NCBI GenBank assembly: GCA_030390025.1
Contig: CM059431.1
Span: 124,870,001-124,934,000, forward strand
DNA from: Squalus acanthias
Taxonomy: Eukaryota
DNA: 64,000 nt
Reading direction: 5' to 3'
Position numbers and translations under genes: made by a program. This document shows positions 13,119 to 24,560 of the stretch, piece after piece. Position 1 is the first letter of the stretch, and the number at the start of each line of letters is the position of its first letter. A model generated the notes under the pieces. That model did not search any database. It was not told where the DNA came from and worked only from the letters and a program-made list of their open reading frames with translations.

Positions 13119-13312
13119 GTCATGGGCAATAAATGTGGCCACGTCAGAATTGCCCACATCTCGAGAACAAAAAAATGTTTTTAAATCTGAATTTTACATC
13201 TCATTGTCTTGGCTGTGCTCTTAGTGTGTCTTTGATGTAGGGAAAGATTATATCTCTGCATTTTCTCTGTGTTTATATTCTGTGAATTCTTGTAGATTCT
13301 CTCACAGTAACT

Positions 13313-13352
13313 TTACCTGAAGAAGGGGCAGGATAGCTCCGAAAGCTTGTAA
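13313..13352 (+). ncRNA. Minimal type I hammerhead ribozyme motif in a Penelope-type terminal repeat (element ~13310-13440)
   Basis: TTAC-CTGAAGA-A-GGGGC/GCTCC stem II-GAAA-GC-TT-GTAA: both core boxes are present, stem I is TTAC/GTAA and stem III is the palindrome AGCT. Confidence 0.75.
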
Positions 13353-13934
13353 TTTTAAATAAATCTGTTGGACTATAACTTGGTGTTGTGCGACTTCTCA
13401 TTTTTGTCCACCCCAGTCCAACGCCGGCATCTCCACATCATTTAAATCTGTGGTTTAAGATGTGCCCACTGCACGTTAAGTCTAACTCCTTGTGTTCCCA
13501 TGTCTTTGGTCTGTCAGCTTTTTGGACCTATATCAGATTTTTGAAACTTTCAGTCAGCTTTTGCCAGCTATGTAAGTTGGCATATGTATCTAATTAGTTG
13601 AAACTTTTATTCCATTTCTCCCTTCCCCACCCAAAACCTTGCACACGCTATACTGAATAAAATAAAAACCTTGATAAACGAGTCATATCGTTGCTCAGAA
13701 TCCTGACTGCATTGGGTTCAAAACTATTTAAAAATAACCAGAAACAGATGAGGAGCTTTCAGTCTAACATTTACTATCAAGTTTATTGATCCTTTAATAA
13801 TAATTATGAACTATTTTACAAAATACTTCTTGAAGTAGTTTTAACTCTGTGATTCCCCATAGCGAAAAGACTGTAATCCCCTATATTATAAACCACATGA
13901 AGACTTCAAAGAGAATCCAGTTGTAGGGAAATCA

Positions 13935-14233
13935 ATCATAGAATCATATAATGATACAGCACCGAAGGAGGCCATTCAGCCCATTGTGCCTGTGCCGGCT
14001 CTTTGAAAGGGCTATCCAATTAGTCCCACTACCATGCTGTTTCCCTATAGCCCTGCAAATTATTCTTTTTCAAGTATTTATCCAATTCCTTTTGAAAGTT
14101 ATTATGGAATCTTCTTCCACCGCCCTTTCAGGCAATGTATTCCACATCATAAAAACTCGCTGCAAAAACTTTTTTTCCCCTAATATCGCCTATTGTTCTT
14201 TTGCCAATCACCTTAAATATGTGTCGTCTGGTT
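13935..14233 (-). mobile_element. CR1 LINE 3' end fragment
   Basis: Tail (ATCATAGA)n and GAGGCCATTCAGCCC, a 3'-UTR motif shared with the other CR1 ends in the window. Confidence 0.7.
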
Positions 14234-14234
14234 G

Positions 14235-14695
14235 AAAAGAAAAGAAAGACTTGCATTTATATAGCGCCTTTCACGCCCAAAGTGCTTTTCAGCCAATGAA
14301 GTAATTTTGAAGTGTAGTCACTGTTGTAATGTAGGAAACGCAGCAGCCAATTTGTGCTCAGCAAGCTCCCACAAACAGCAATGTGATAATGATCAGATAA
14401 TCTGTTTTTGTCATGTTGATTAAGGAATAAATATTGGGCAGGACAACGGGGATAACTCCCCTGCTCTTCTTCAAAATAGAGCTATGGGATCTTTTACGTC
14501 CACCTGAAAGAGCAGACGGGGCCTTAGTTTAATATAGCATCCAAAAGACGGCACCTTGGACAGTGCAGCGCTCCCTCAGCACTGCACTGGAGTGTCAGCC
14601 TAGATTTTCGTGCTCAAGTCTCTAGAGTGGGACTTGAACCCACAACCTTCTGACTCAGAGGCGAGAGTGCTACCAACTGAGCCACTGGCTGACAC
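14235..14695 (-). mobile_element. tRNA-derived Deu-domain SINE (SacSINE1-like), full length
   Basis: On the - strand: A box TGGCTCAGTTGG, B box GGTTCAAGTCC, an L2-type tail GCTATATAAATGCAAG and (CTTT)n. A second copy is at 50720-51161. Family name is from recall. Confidence 0.8.
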
Positions 14696-15290
14696 GCTGA
14701 GAGGCTGGCTGGCTGGTGGCGGACAGGTAAGCCTCAGCTGCAAGGGGTCGGTGCAGGGGAGGGATCGCGGGAGGGGGGTTCAGGATTGGCGGGCGGTGGG
14801 TCGTGATTGGCGGGGGGGGCTCGGAATCGGCGGGGGGGATCGGGATCAGGAGGGGGGATCGGCAATCGGGAGGGGGGAGAGCAATCGGGAGGTGGGAGAG
14901 AGGATCGGTCGTGATGCAGGATCAGCAGGTGATGGGAGGTGGTCAGAGATCGTGGGGGCGGGATCAGGGATCGCAGGGGGGGGGGGTCGTGGGTCGGCCA
15001 GGGATCGGTCACGGTGGGGGGGGGGGGGGGGTTGGAGGATCAACAAGGGGGCCCGGATGATCAGGGCCAGCCACTGGTGGATGGTGGCCGGCCTCATCAT
15101 CATCATCATTGCGGGGGGAGGCCTGGGGGTGGGGGGAGGAGGCCTGAAAAGGTGATCAGAGGCCTCGTTGGGGGGGTTCTCAGGTCGCGGTGGGTGGGTA
15201 TGGTAGTGACCCTGGATCCAGGAGGTAGGTATAAATCTATTTACCTCCTGGATGCAGGACTTTTGTAATAAACACATTCACCTATTTTTA
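14696..15290. repeat. G-rich (GATCGGGG-like) low-complexity interior of a non-autonomous element
   Basis: Many GATCG plus G-run units; hairpin TCCAGGAGGTA...TACCTCCTGGA at ~15217-15252. Confidence 0.55.
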
Positions 15291-15694
15291 AAAGTAAAAT
15301 ATATTGTTAAAACATTACCGTATACTCCCACCTTTATTCTGGATCTCAATAGCTGAAAAAGTAGAAATATTGGCGGCGGGGGGGGGGGGGGGGGGAATTG
15401 GCTAACCCCTGAAAAGGGGCGTGGCGATCGCAGTACGCGATTAACCCTTCTCCATTCATTGAGTTGCAGGTAGCACGTTAAATTCATGCTGCCTGCTGTT
15501 TAAAATGATTACTGCGTGCAGCCAATGCGATCCGCGCTGTTCATTGGCTGCATTCATCAGCAGGGGGCCCGATATGGCGAGTGGCTAGCACTACTTAAAG
15601 GCAGCCTGTACCTGTTAAAGGGGAGGTGCACTGTGGCTGCAAGAAGTGGTGGGAGTTTTTTGAAAAGTGAATCTATGCTGTGATACTTTGAGGA

Positions 15695-17568
15695 ATGGCT
15701 GAACTTACGAGACAGCGTGCACCAAGTTTTTCATATAATGCACTGGAGGACTTGGTGCAAGAGGTGGAGAGAAGGAAAGCCATCCTGTATCCACAGGAGG
15801 GCAGGACAACCTCCGAAACATATGCTCAGGAGGCAGTGGGAAGAGGTAGCGCCGAGGTCAATGACAGGAGTATTGTTCCAAGAAAATAGTGCAGTGCAGG
15901 AAGAAGATAATGACCTGACATGAGTTGATTGAGTTCTTTCTTCAAATGGCATATCCTACCAACTGCACCACTAGCCTCATCCACTGCTCAATACACTACA
16001 CCCAGATCACCCACCTACCAATAATCTCCATCAATCAGTACTCAACTCTAAAATTCATAGGCTTTACCTCACCCTCACACACTTAGCACTGTTAATACCC
16101 TCACACCCACAACTCCCAGCTCACACACACAGGCAGCTATTCAACCATGACAGCCACATCACTCAATCATCTTGCATGATACTCACTGGCATACTTCCCT
16201 CTTTCTTGCTGGAGAAGGTGGTGTGTAGCAGGAGGCAGCAAAAACACTGGAGGAGGACGAGCATGCCTGCATGTGTAAACCCCTATTGATTAGATAGGGC
16301 TGGCTATCATGGGATGAGGCATTGATGAGGTTGTGGCTACTGGGGGTGCTGGAGGGATTGATGATGAGGTTATCTGCATACCTAATCTCCCTTCTCTCAT
16401 CCCAATTCTCCATCAACCTACAGTCTCTTCTGATTCACAAGCTGAAGAATGTGTAAGCACACACTTCTTAGTTACTCTTCTCCCCTCACCACAACCCAAC
16501 CCTTGTCTCTTTTTCGTTTCAGATACCCAAGAACTGTAACCTTTCCAGTCAGAGGAGGAAGATGAAGATGAAGATGATAGTGAAGATGAGGAGACACCGT
16601 CACTTGATCTTACACACGCAGCCATCAGCTCAGAGACTGATACTGCGTGTATTTTAGAGGCTAGGATAGAGGAGGGATCTGCACGTGGTGTGACACCGGG
16701 TCTAAGTGCGCAGGAGCCAGGGTGGGGGCAAAAGATAGCACAGATGCCAGCTCACCGGAGGACAAGGTCGCACACTAGTTCTGCTGCAGAGGAGTCAGCT
16801 GAGGACTTCAATGGGCCAGGCTTCATGGGTGTTGATAACCAAATACTTGGTGCACTGGAATGCCTGCCAGAAAGTCTGCACACGATGTCAAGGAGCATGA
16901 AGGAGTCCAGCACCAACTTGGCACAGGACTTTGCACAGCCCTTGGAGCCCATCCTTTCCAACATGGAATGGGTAGTCACTGCCATCAGCACACCTGTGGA
17001 ACCCACCTTAATGCAGCATCTGATGGCCGATGTCACAGCTTCCATTGCAGCACAAACATCTTCCATCAAAAGTCTGATTGCTGTCGTCGAAGCTCAGACT
17101 GCTGCCTTGCAAGCTCAGGCTGCTGCCATTGTGACACTGGATACCACTGTTCAAAGGGGCTTCCAGGGCATAAAAGCAGTCCATCACTCTGTTCTCCAAC
17201 AGATTACTAAAATTGCTGAGGCGTCGCCTCGGGAGAGTGGCTGTGGCTCTGTGGATTATGAACCTGCTATTCTATCTCAGGATTACAGCATTCCTGCTCC
17301 AATCCCTGTCACTCCGCCAGTGCCCTTGCTGTTGCTGTCAGTCAGCCAGCCCAGACTGCTGCAGCCCAGGCCAAGATGGGCTGCAGCAGGCCTTCAAGGC
17401 CCAGAGCTACTCGAGGTCACCCTCCAAGGCCAACTGCAGTCTGCTCAATTGAAGGTCAGCTGCTTTCCACCACATGCTGCAGCCACCGGGGAAGCACCTC
17501 ATAGGATCACTAGGATAGGCAAAGGCACATGGAAGACGGGCACTAAGGGAATGCACAAGGGTGATTAG
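15695..17568 (+). pseudogene. Harbinger B Myb/SANT-like gene, 3 exons (15695-~15920, ~16213-16370, 16523-17568)
   Basis: MAELTRQRAPSFSYNALEDLVQEVERRKAILYP; TTTCAG acceptor at 16522; exon 3 is acidic then coiled-coil-like (ORF 16690-17568); contains stops and frameshifts. Confidence 0.85.
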
Positions 17569-17813
17569 TTTATTTTTGAATGCATTGGCCTAGAAATTGG
17601 ATAATGCCTGTTCATAGTGGTGCAGGCAGCACACAACATTTGTGCTGCCTGCTCATAATAATGATAAATGTGCTGCTGATTGGATTAGCGCTGAACAGGG
17701 GGCCAATGTCGGGTGCAGTCTACTGGCCAATAAAGTTGGCCTTGGCTCTCTGCACTACTTAAAGGGGAGATGCTTTGTTGCAGAAGCACCTCATTGTAAT
17801 TGTGGAGAAAGAC

Positions 17814-19965
17814 ATGGCCCAACAGCCAAGATTGAGGGCGAGAAGATTTTCTGATGGAGCACTGGAGGCCTTGATCCTGGGGGTTCAAAGGCACCGTCAG
17901 GTCCTCTACCCATAGGGGGGCAGGAGGCCTTCAAGGCAGACCAGCAGAAGGCTGTGGGAGGAGATCGCTGAAGCTGTCAGTGCGACGAGTGTCGTCCCCA
18001 GGACCTGGATCCAGTGTCGCAAAAAAGCTTAATGACCTCACACGGGTGGTCAAGGTGAGTGAATGCATCATCAAATGCCATATCCCACCATCTGCATAAC
18101 TAGCCTCACACACTGCTCAATGCACCACACCGCCATCACTCACCTACCAACAATCTCTAGCAGTTGCCACTCATACCTTACAAGCATAGCTTCACTTCAC
18201 CCTTACACACTTACCACTGTGACAAGACTCACACCCACATCTCACATCCTCACACACTTACCACTGTGGCAAGACTCACATTCACATTTCACACCTTCAC
18301 ACACTTACCACTGTGGCAAGACTCACACCCACATTTCACACTCTCACACACTTATCACTGTGGCAAGACTCACACCCATATCTCACATCTTGCACACAAT
18401 TACCACTGTGGCAAGATTCACACCCACATTTCACACCCTCACACACTTATCACTGTGGCAAGACTCACACCCATATCTCACATCTTGCACACAATTACCA
18501 CTGTGGCAAGACTCACACCCACATCTCACACCCTCACACACTTACCACTGTGGCAAGACTCACACCCACATCTCACACCTTGCACACACTGCCAGCTATT
18601 CAACCACACTCACTGATACACTTTCCTTTCTCTTGCAGGCAAAGGTGGCTCATAACCACTGGGAGCAGCAGCAGACAGGTGGAGGGGAAGCCCGTCTGCA
18701 GAACCTGACAGAGCTGGAGTTCATTGTAGGGGCAGTCACGGAGTCCGTGGTGAGCGGGGAAGTTGAAAGCATTGCTGATGATGACAGTATTCTCATACCT
18801 AATCCTTTTTCTCGCATCCCACTTTCCCCTCATCCCACAATCTCTTCTCACTTACAAATTGCTGATAGATATCTTGCTTTCCCCCCCATCCTGACCACAA
18901 CCCGACCCTTGTGCCTTTGTGCCTTTCTCCTTTCAGATACCCAAGAAGTCCCACCAGCACAGCTAGTCCCCAAAGTGATGCAGGAGGAGAGTGAAAGAGA
19001 AGAAGACACACTGTCACTGCATCTGACACTCGCAGGCACCATCTCAGAAACAGGCACTGCGTGGACTTTGGAGGGTAGCATAGAGGTGGGATCTGCACAT
19101 GGTAAGTCATCGGGCACGTGTGGGCTGCAGCCAGGCCAGAGGGAAAGGGTAGTTCGGGTGTCAGCTTCACAGAGGGCGAGTTCGTCGCACGAGTTCTGCT
19201 GCACAGGACTCAGACAATAAATTTGATGAGGCGACGTTCAGAAGAAGCGTGATGGGCATGCACACAGAAATGCTTGGTGCAATGGCAAACCTGCCAGAGA
19301 GCTTCTGGTCATTGTCAAGGAGCATGTAAGAGTCCGGCTCCAACATTGCATGGGGCTTTGCATGGAGCTTGGAACGCATGATTTCCAGGATGTAAATGAT
19401 GGGCAACTCCGTGAGAAACCTTCTGGACCCAACTGGAATACTGCGTGTGATGGGCGATGGCACAGCTTCCATTGCAGCACAGACGGAAACGACCCAACGT
19501 CTCAGCGCTGCACTGGAGCTCAGACTGCTGCCATTGTGGCTGGGTTTACGAATGTGGAAAGGGGCTTGCAGGGTCTCACAGCACCCCACCAATCTATCCC
19601 GCAACAGGTGACTAGAAATGCTGAGGCACTGCTCTGGAGGAGTGGCAATGGGTCTGTGGAGCAGGAACCTGCTGCCCTCTCTCAGGATGACAGCATTCGT
19701 CCTCCCACCACTGCCACTCCGCCTGTGCCCTTGCTGCTGCCTGTCATCCAGCCAGCACAGACTGCTGCCGCCCATGCTCAGGTGGTGCAGACTTCAGCCG
19801 GGGCTTCTACGCCCAGAGCTGCTCAAGGTTGTCCTGCAAGGCCATCTGCAGTCTCCCCCACTGAAAGTCAGCAGCCTTCCACCAGCCATGCTGCAGCCAT
19901 TGGGGGAGCACTTCGTAGGAGCAGGAACACGAAAGATAGACACTAAGGTAATGCACAAGGGTGAT
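17814..19965 (+). pseudogene. Harbinger C Myb/SANT-like gene, 3 exons (17814-18054, 18639-~18787, 18937-~19965)
   Basis: MAQQPRLRARRFSDGALEAL...W..IA..VS...RTWIQCRKK.NDLTRVVK|GTGAGT; exon 2 AKVAHN...TGGG; premature stop and +1 frameshift in exon 1. Confidence 0.88.
18205..18590. repeat. Minisatellite, ~47-bp unit, about 8 copies, in intron 1 of the C Myb gene
   Basis: CACTGTGGCAAGACTCACACCCACAT recurs every 47-48 bp. Confidence 0.92.
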
Positions 19966-20134
19966 TCGTTGACGTTGTTTGATTTGTATTTGATAAATTT
20001 ATAAATTATGTTTGGAATGCTTGTTTTGTGGTGGCTCTCATTTCAGCTTTGTGCCCAAGAGGACACTGTGATGTTTCGTGACAGAAGGATGGTAAGATAG
20101 GGAAGTAGTAAGCAACGGGTATCTGCGGTTTCAT

Positions 20135-20864
20135 TCATTGGAACCGGATACTGATGAGGCGCTCACAGACAGCCTGTATGGAACGGGGATCTGCTGCCTG
20201 CCTCCTCCCATCCTCCTCCTCCTTCTCCTCTTCCTTCTCCTCCTCCTCCTCCTGAGGTGGTCTCGGAACTCGTGGTGACAAGCGCTGCACCCTCATGATG
20301 GCCTTTACGGTTACGGAACATCTCAAGATTGGTATGTGGCGCCTGCAAAGCCACCTGTGTGCAATCGATGATGCCCTGAACCATGGGGAAGCCCAATACC
20401 CTGGCAAAGCCACGTGCACGCTCCCGCTGCTTCTATCCATTTAGAGAAAAGCAATGAAGTCCCTTCTCCTGGAGTACAGAGCCTCTGTGATCTCCTGGAA
20501 GCAGCGATGGACGGCGAACTGTTAGCTATATCTTCCGCTCCAGACTGGAAGGATCAGCTGGTGAAAAAATTGAGGGCCACGGTGACCTGGAGGGCCACTG
20601 GCAGCACTGTTGTCACCCAGCTTTGAGGCTGCAGGTCTGGTTGCAGGAGGTGGCAGAGTTCTGTTCCAACCTCCTAATACACTGCCCCTGACTTAAGTGC
20701 AGGTAGAAGAATTGCTCTTGGAAGTTCGTAGGTGGGGAAGGCCTCCTGATGAGAGCCCTCCTGTCCCTCCTTCCTCTGCGAGCATCTTACCCTCTTCTTT
20801 GCTGTCTCTGCTCCATCTCCCTGGCATACTCAAGCGTGAGGGGAACTGCAAGTAGAGCCCCCAT
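20135..20864 (-). pseudogene. Harbinger C transposase remnant, most of the catalytic core deleted
   Basis: N-terminus MGALLAVPL...RRP.PP..FQEQF.YL, then GFPMVQGIIDCTQVAL...RNRKG joined directly to the C-terminal acidic tail. Confidence 0.85.
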
Positions 20865-21469
20865 GTCTGGGAGCAAGTGGTGTGAGCAGAACCCTTTAAA
20901 TGAAAAGCAGGGTGTTCTCCACTTGCAGCAGCACTCCCTGTCCTCTCAGCCACTTTAAATAACTGTAGAATGCTCAAAGCAGCTGCACAAACTTACGCAG
21001 AGCCAGTAGAAATGACAAAGCAAGTCAGCTGCAACTTGTTGATGATCCCTTTAAATAGCGCTGGTGGGGGAACCTTCCTGCTGCTGAACACATGTTCAGC
21101 TGGCCGTGATGTGGAGAGAGCATTAAAAGGAGCGGCGACATCCAAAAAGTCAGATTGTGCGTCAAATCAGCAGTGCACACTCATTAACGTCATGATCTGC
21201 CTCATTTCCATATCTGCAACGAGCGCAAGCAACGACAGTGCTGCCGACCTGCCCAAAATGGCGGCAGTCATGGGACCAGCCTTAAAGGTCAGCGCAAATG
21301 GGTCTAATTTTCTGGCCATTATGTCATGACTGAATTTATAAAATTGGATTGAAATGTGCATTTTTTTGTTGTGTTTTATTTTCGTGTTGTCGGACAAGGG
21401 ATGATGTGACGGTTAGTGTTAGAGGAAAGGTAAGGAGCGTGGGACTGTTGGTGAATGAGGTTACTGGCA

Positions 21470-22678
21470 TCACTCATGAATTATTTGATCACATAGAGCC
21501 CGGGCAGAAAAGGGCCATCTACATTGTAGCCTCCCTTCCTCTTCTTCCTCCTTCACTTCCTGTTGCACTTCCCCCTCCTCCTCCACTTCCTCCAATTCCT
21601 CCTCTTCCTCATGCTCCTGCTCCTCAACCTCTTTGTTACCTCTAGGCGGTGGCAAGGACTGTTCCCTCATAATGGCCAGATTCTGCAGCATGTAGCATAC
21701 TACCACAAATATTAACACCCGCTCAGCTGAGTACTACAGGGCTCCTCCAGAGCGGTCCAGGCAGCGGAGGCGTTGCTTGAGGATACCGATGGTGTGCTCT
21801 ATAATGTTCCTTATGGCAGCATGACTCTCATTGTAGGCCTGCTGTGCAAATGTGCATGGGTTCCAGACCGGAGTCATGAGGCATGTCATCAGTGGATAAC
21901 CCTTGTCGCCCAGTAGCCACCCTTTGACTTGCCGTGGTGGGTCAAATACAGGTGGCACAGTGGACTGCAGCAGAATGAAGGAATCGTGACAGCTGCCAGG
22001 ATAACGGGCATTCACCTACATGATGAGCTGTCTGTGGTTGCACTCTAGCTGCAGATTGAGAGAGTGGAATCCCATTCGGTTCAGAAAAATGGCCAAGTTC
22101 ACATGAGGCACACATAAGGCAATGTACATGCAGTCAATGGCACCCTGCTCCATGGGGAAGCCTACAATCCGTACAAACCCGTGTGCTCGCTCCGTCTGTT
22201 TGTCTCTGGCAAGGGGGAATGAGATTAAACTGTCTCTTTGTATATAGAGAGTCTCAGTGACCTCCCTTATACAGCAGTGCACTGCAAACTGTGAGATGTT
22301 TCTTATATCTCCAGAAGTAGTCTGGAAGGAGCCAGACGCATAAAAGTTAAGAGCCACGGTCACCTTGACAGCCACAGGCAATGCGGTCCTTGCCCTGCTT
22401 TGAGGTTGCAGTTGTGGCTGCAGCAGATTGCAGATTTCAGTCTTGACCTCTTTTGTGAAACAAAGACATCTCAAGCAATGGTCCTCGCTGAAGTTGAGGT
22501 AAGAGAATTGCTCCCTGAAGACCCTCGGCGGATATGACATCCTGCTGAAAGCCCTTCTCGCCCTCCTCCTTTTCCTTCTTCCAGCAGCTTGTCCTGCTCT
22601 GCATGGCCTCTCTTCATTCTCCCGATAATGTTCAATTCCCAGAGGAAGCCCTACCAGGCCACCCATGTTTGGAAGCAA
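21470..22678 (-). pseudogene. Harbinger B transposase, full length in one frame with two internal TAG stops
   Basis: ORFs 22016-22678, 21734-22015 and 21470-21718 are in the same frame. GAIDCMYI, GDKGYP and IIEHTIG (D, D, E) are all present. Confidence 0.95.
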
Positions 22679-23453
22679 CTTGTTTCAGCACAAGCTTTTA
22701 ACTGAACAAAAAGTACTCCAGTACCAGCCAGACCACTCCCTGTACACTATTCAAACCTTAACCAAGTCTAGGAAAACTCAAAAAAATATACTGCCAGAAG
22801 AAATAATCTAGCAACTAACCTGTAAGTAGTTTATGATCCCTTTAAGTAGCGCTGGTGGGGGGGTTCCTCATTTTATTTAACGTGTGTTCAGTTATGTGAA
22901 GTTAAGACAGGCTGGAGTGTGGCGTTTGAAAATTGCAGTGTTGGCATCAAATCAGCGTGACACACTGATTGACATCATAATTTGTCTGTTCTGCAGGCTG
23001 CCGGCAGTCATTAGGTGCACGCACACAAACTACTGTACCAAGAGGGCGTCCAGCGTACTTCCCATCGGAAGCGTGCGCGCACATCTTGGACCCCATTTTC
23101 GAGTGTTAGGAGGTCATGTAGCGCCTACAAGATGAGCGCTACACAGCACAATTTAACCCCCATCATACTTTGACTAGGAGTATCCTTCCCGATCCTGCCC
23201 GGAATCAGACAGGATTATGGCAGAAAATGATGAAAATGCAAGTGGTGAGACGTACCGCTGTCTGACAGGCCCCCCCCCCCCGGAACACTGTCACCGGAGG
23301 ATAATCGCCAGCTTTAATTCTATCAATTTTAAGGTACAATATTACATCCTGTTGTTGGTGCTTCTTTAAATATTTGTTTTATTCACTGTAGGAATATGAT
23401 AGAAAGGACATGATGCTCCTTTATTACTCACTGGGCTTATCTTGTACCTGAAT

Positions 23454-23770
23454 ACCTGAGCTATACAGACCAAAAAGGTCCCATGTTCAGTCTCTGGTCT
23501 GTGTTGTGTTAGATGATTGCTACAGAGTGGCAGCAGGTACATTACAATTGGTCTCAGTGCAATGTGATAATGAAGGAAAAATCAGGCAGGGTATCAGCTC
23601 CAGATCACTATCCAAAGACTCGTTCAGGCACAACACATGTGTGGACATCAGTTGAAGATCAGACTGTACAGTGATGCCCCGCATGGTTAAATTGCTATCC
23701 ACCGTGGAGAACCTTCACAGATGAATAGTGGCTACTTCATTGAGATATTGAGGATAACCGGTGCCTGTAT
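23454..23770 (+). mobile_element. Old SINE resembling AmnSINE2
   Basis: Ordered blocks CTGAGCTATACAGACC..AAGGTCCCA.GTTCA..C.CTGGTCTGTG, ACAATTGG.CTCAGTGC, AAAAATCAG.CAGGG, TGTGTGGACATC and GTGATGCCC match my recollection of that consensus; not verified by search. Confidence 0.6.
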
Positions 23771-24560
23771 ACCCCAACAAAGAAAGGAGGGGAGATAAAT
23801 TGGTGGAAAAAAAACCAAAGAAAAGAAAAGACATGACAATGGAAGTGTCAAAAGCCACGTGTAATGTTTCTGTCCCTTCCTAAATTGATATCAGAAATGC
23901 AAACTGCAATTTTCTTTGATTTATTTTTTGCCTCACGTAGCAGATGTTCCCTTTTTCATCTGTAGAGAATAACTCGTAACATTGAAAAAGAGGTTATGCT
24001 GTGAAGCACGTGAAATGTAAAATATATCTGGTGCTCAAAAATAAAATGCACATGTAATGAGTTTCCTCAGAGCTTGAGAAGTGCCTATATATTATGCTTC
24101 TACTTCTGCCATTGGGGTACAACATTAGCTATTTAGTCAGTCAAGGATTCTTTGTTGGGTTTTGTGTAACTGTATTATTTTTGGTTACAAGTACAAATAA
24201 CTCACAAAAAGGACATCCTACAGGGAAAAATCTGCTAAGTGCTTCTGATCCAACTCCATCTATTTTCAGCTGTTGTTTGAGTATCAACTCACAAGACCGT
24301 TTCCCAACTCATACAACTCATTCAGTTAGGTAGGCATAAGTTGGACAAACACAAATCCATTTTCAGGAATCATTGTTGAAAACATATTTTATGCTGCCAT
24401 CAGTTTAAATATGTATTCTCATACGTTATCAAACATGCATTTTATGAATTGTTCAATGTGCTCAGTTGAAAAATGTGCTTTGGAAATATTTGCATGCAGA
24501 GGAAGATGGTGAATGCTGACTAACTGAAAAATGAACCAATTAGTGATTGACTGCATTACT

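Larger units (their letters stand above)
17587..21317. mobile_element. Harbinger transposon C nested in B
   Basis: TIRs GGCCTAGAAATTGGA / TCTAATTTTCTGGCC with an exact ATT TSD. Removing C restores sequence colinear with element E's inter-gene region. Confidence 0.92.
15390..23159. mobile_element. Harbinger transposon B (complete architecture; hosts nested element C)
   Basis: The left end is homologous to the reverse complement of element E's right end (..GCGTGGCGATCGCAGTACGCGATTAAC). The right end is AATTTAACCC. Myb gene on +, transposase on -. Confidence 0.88.

Noticed and set aside
14620..14695. tRNA gene
   Set aside because: It is the tRNA-derived head of a SINE, continuous with the SINE body and tail.
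14610..15277. Gly-rich or Pro-rich ORFs
   Set aside because: Artefacts of G-rich low-complexity sequence lacking stop codons.
18063..19220. 385-aa His/Thr-rich protein
   Set aside because: Read-through of an intron minisatellite plus Myb exons 2-3 and intron 2.
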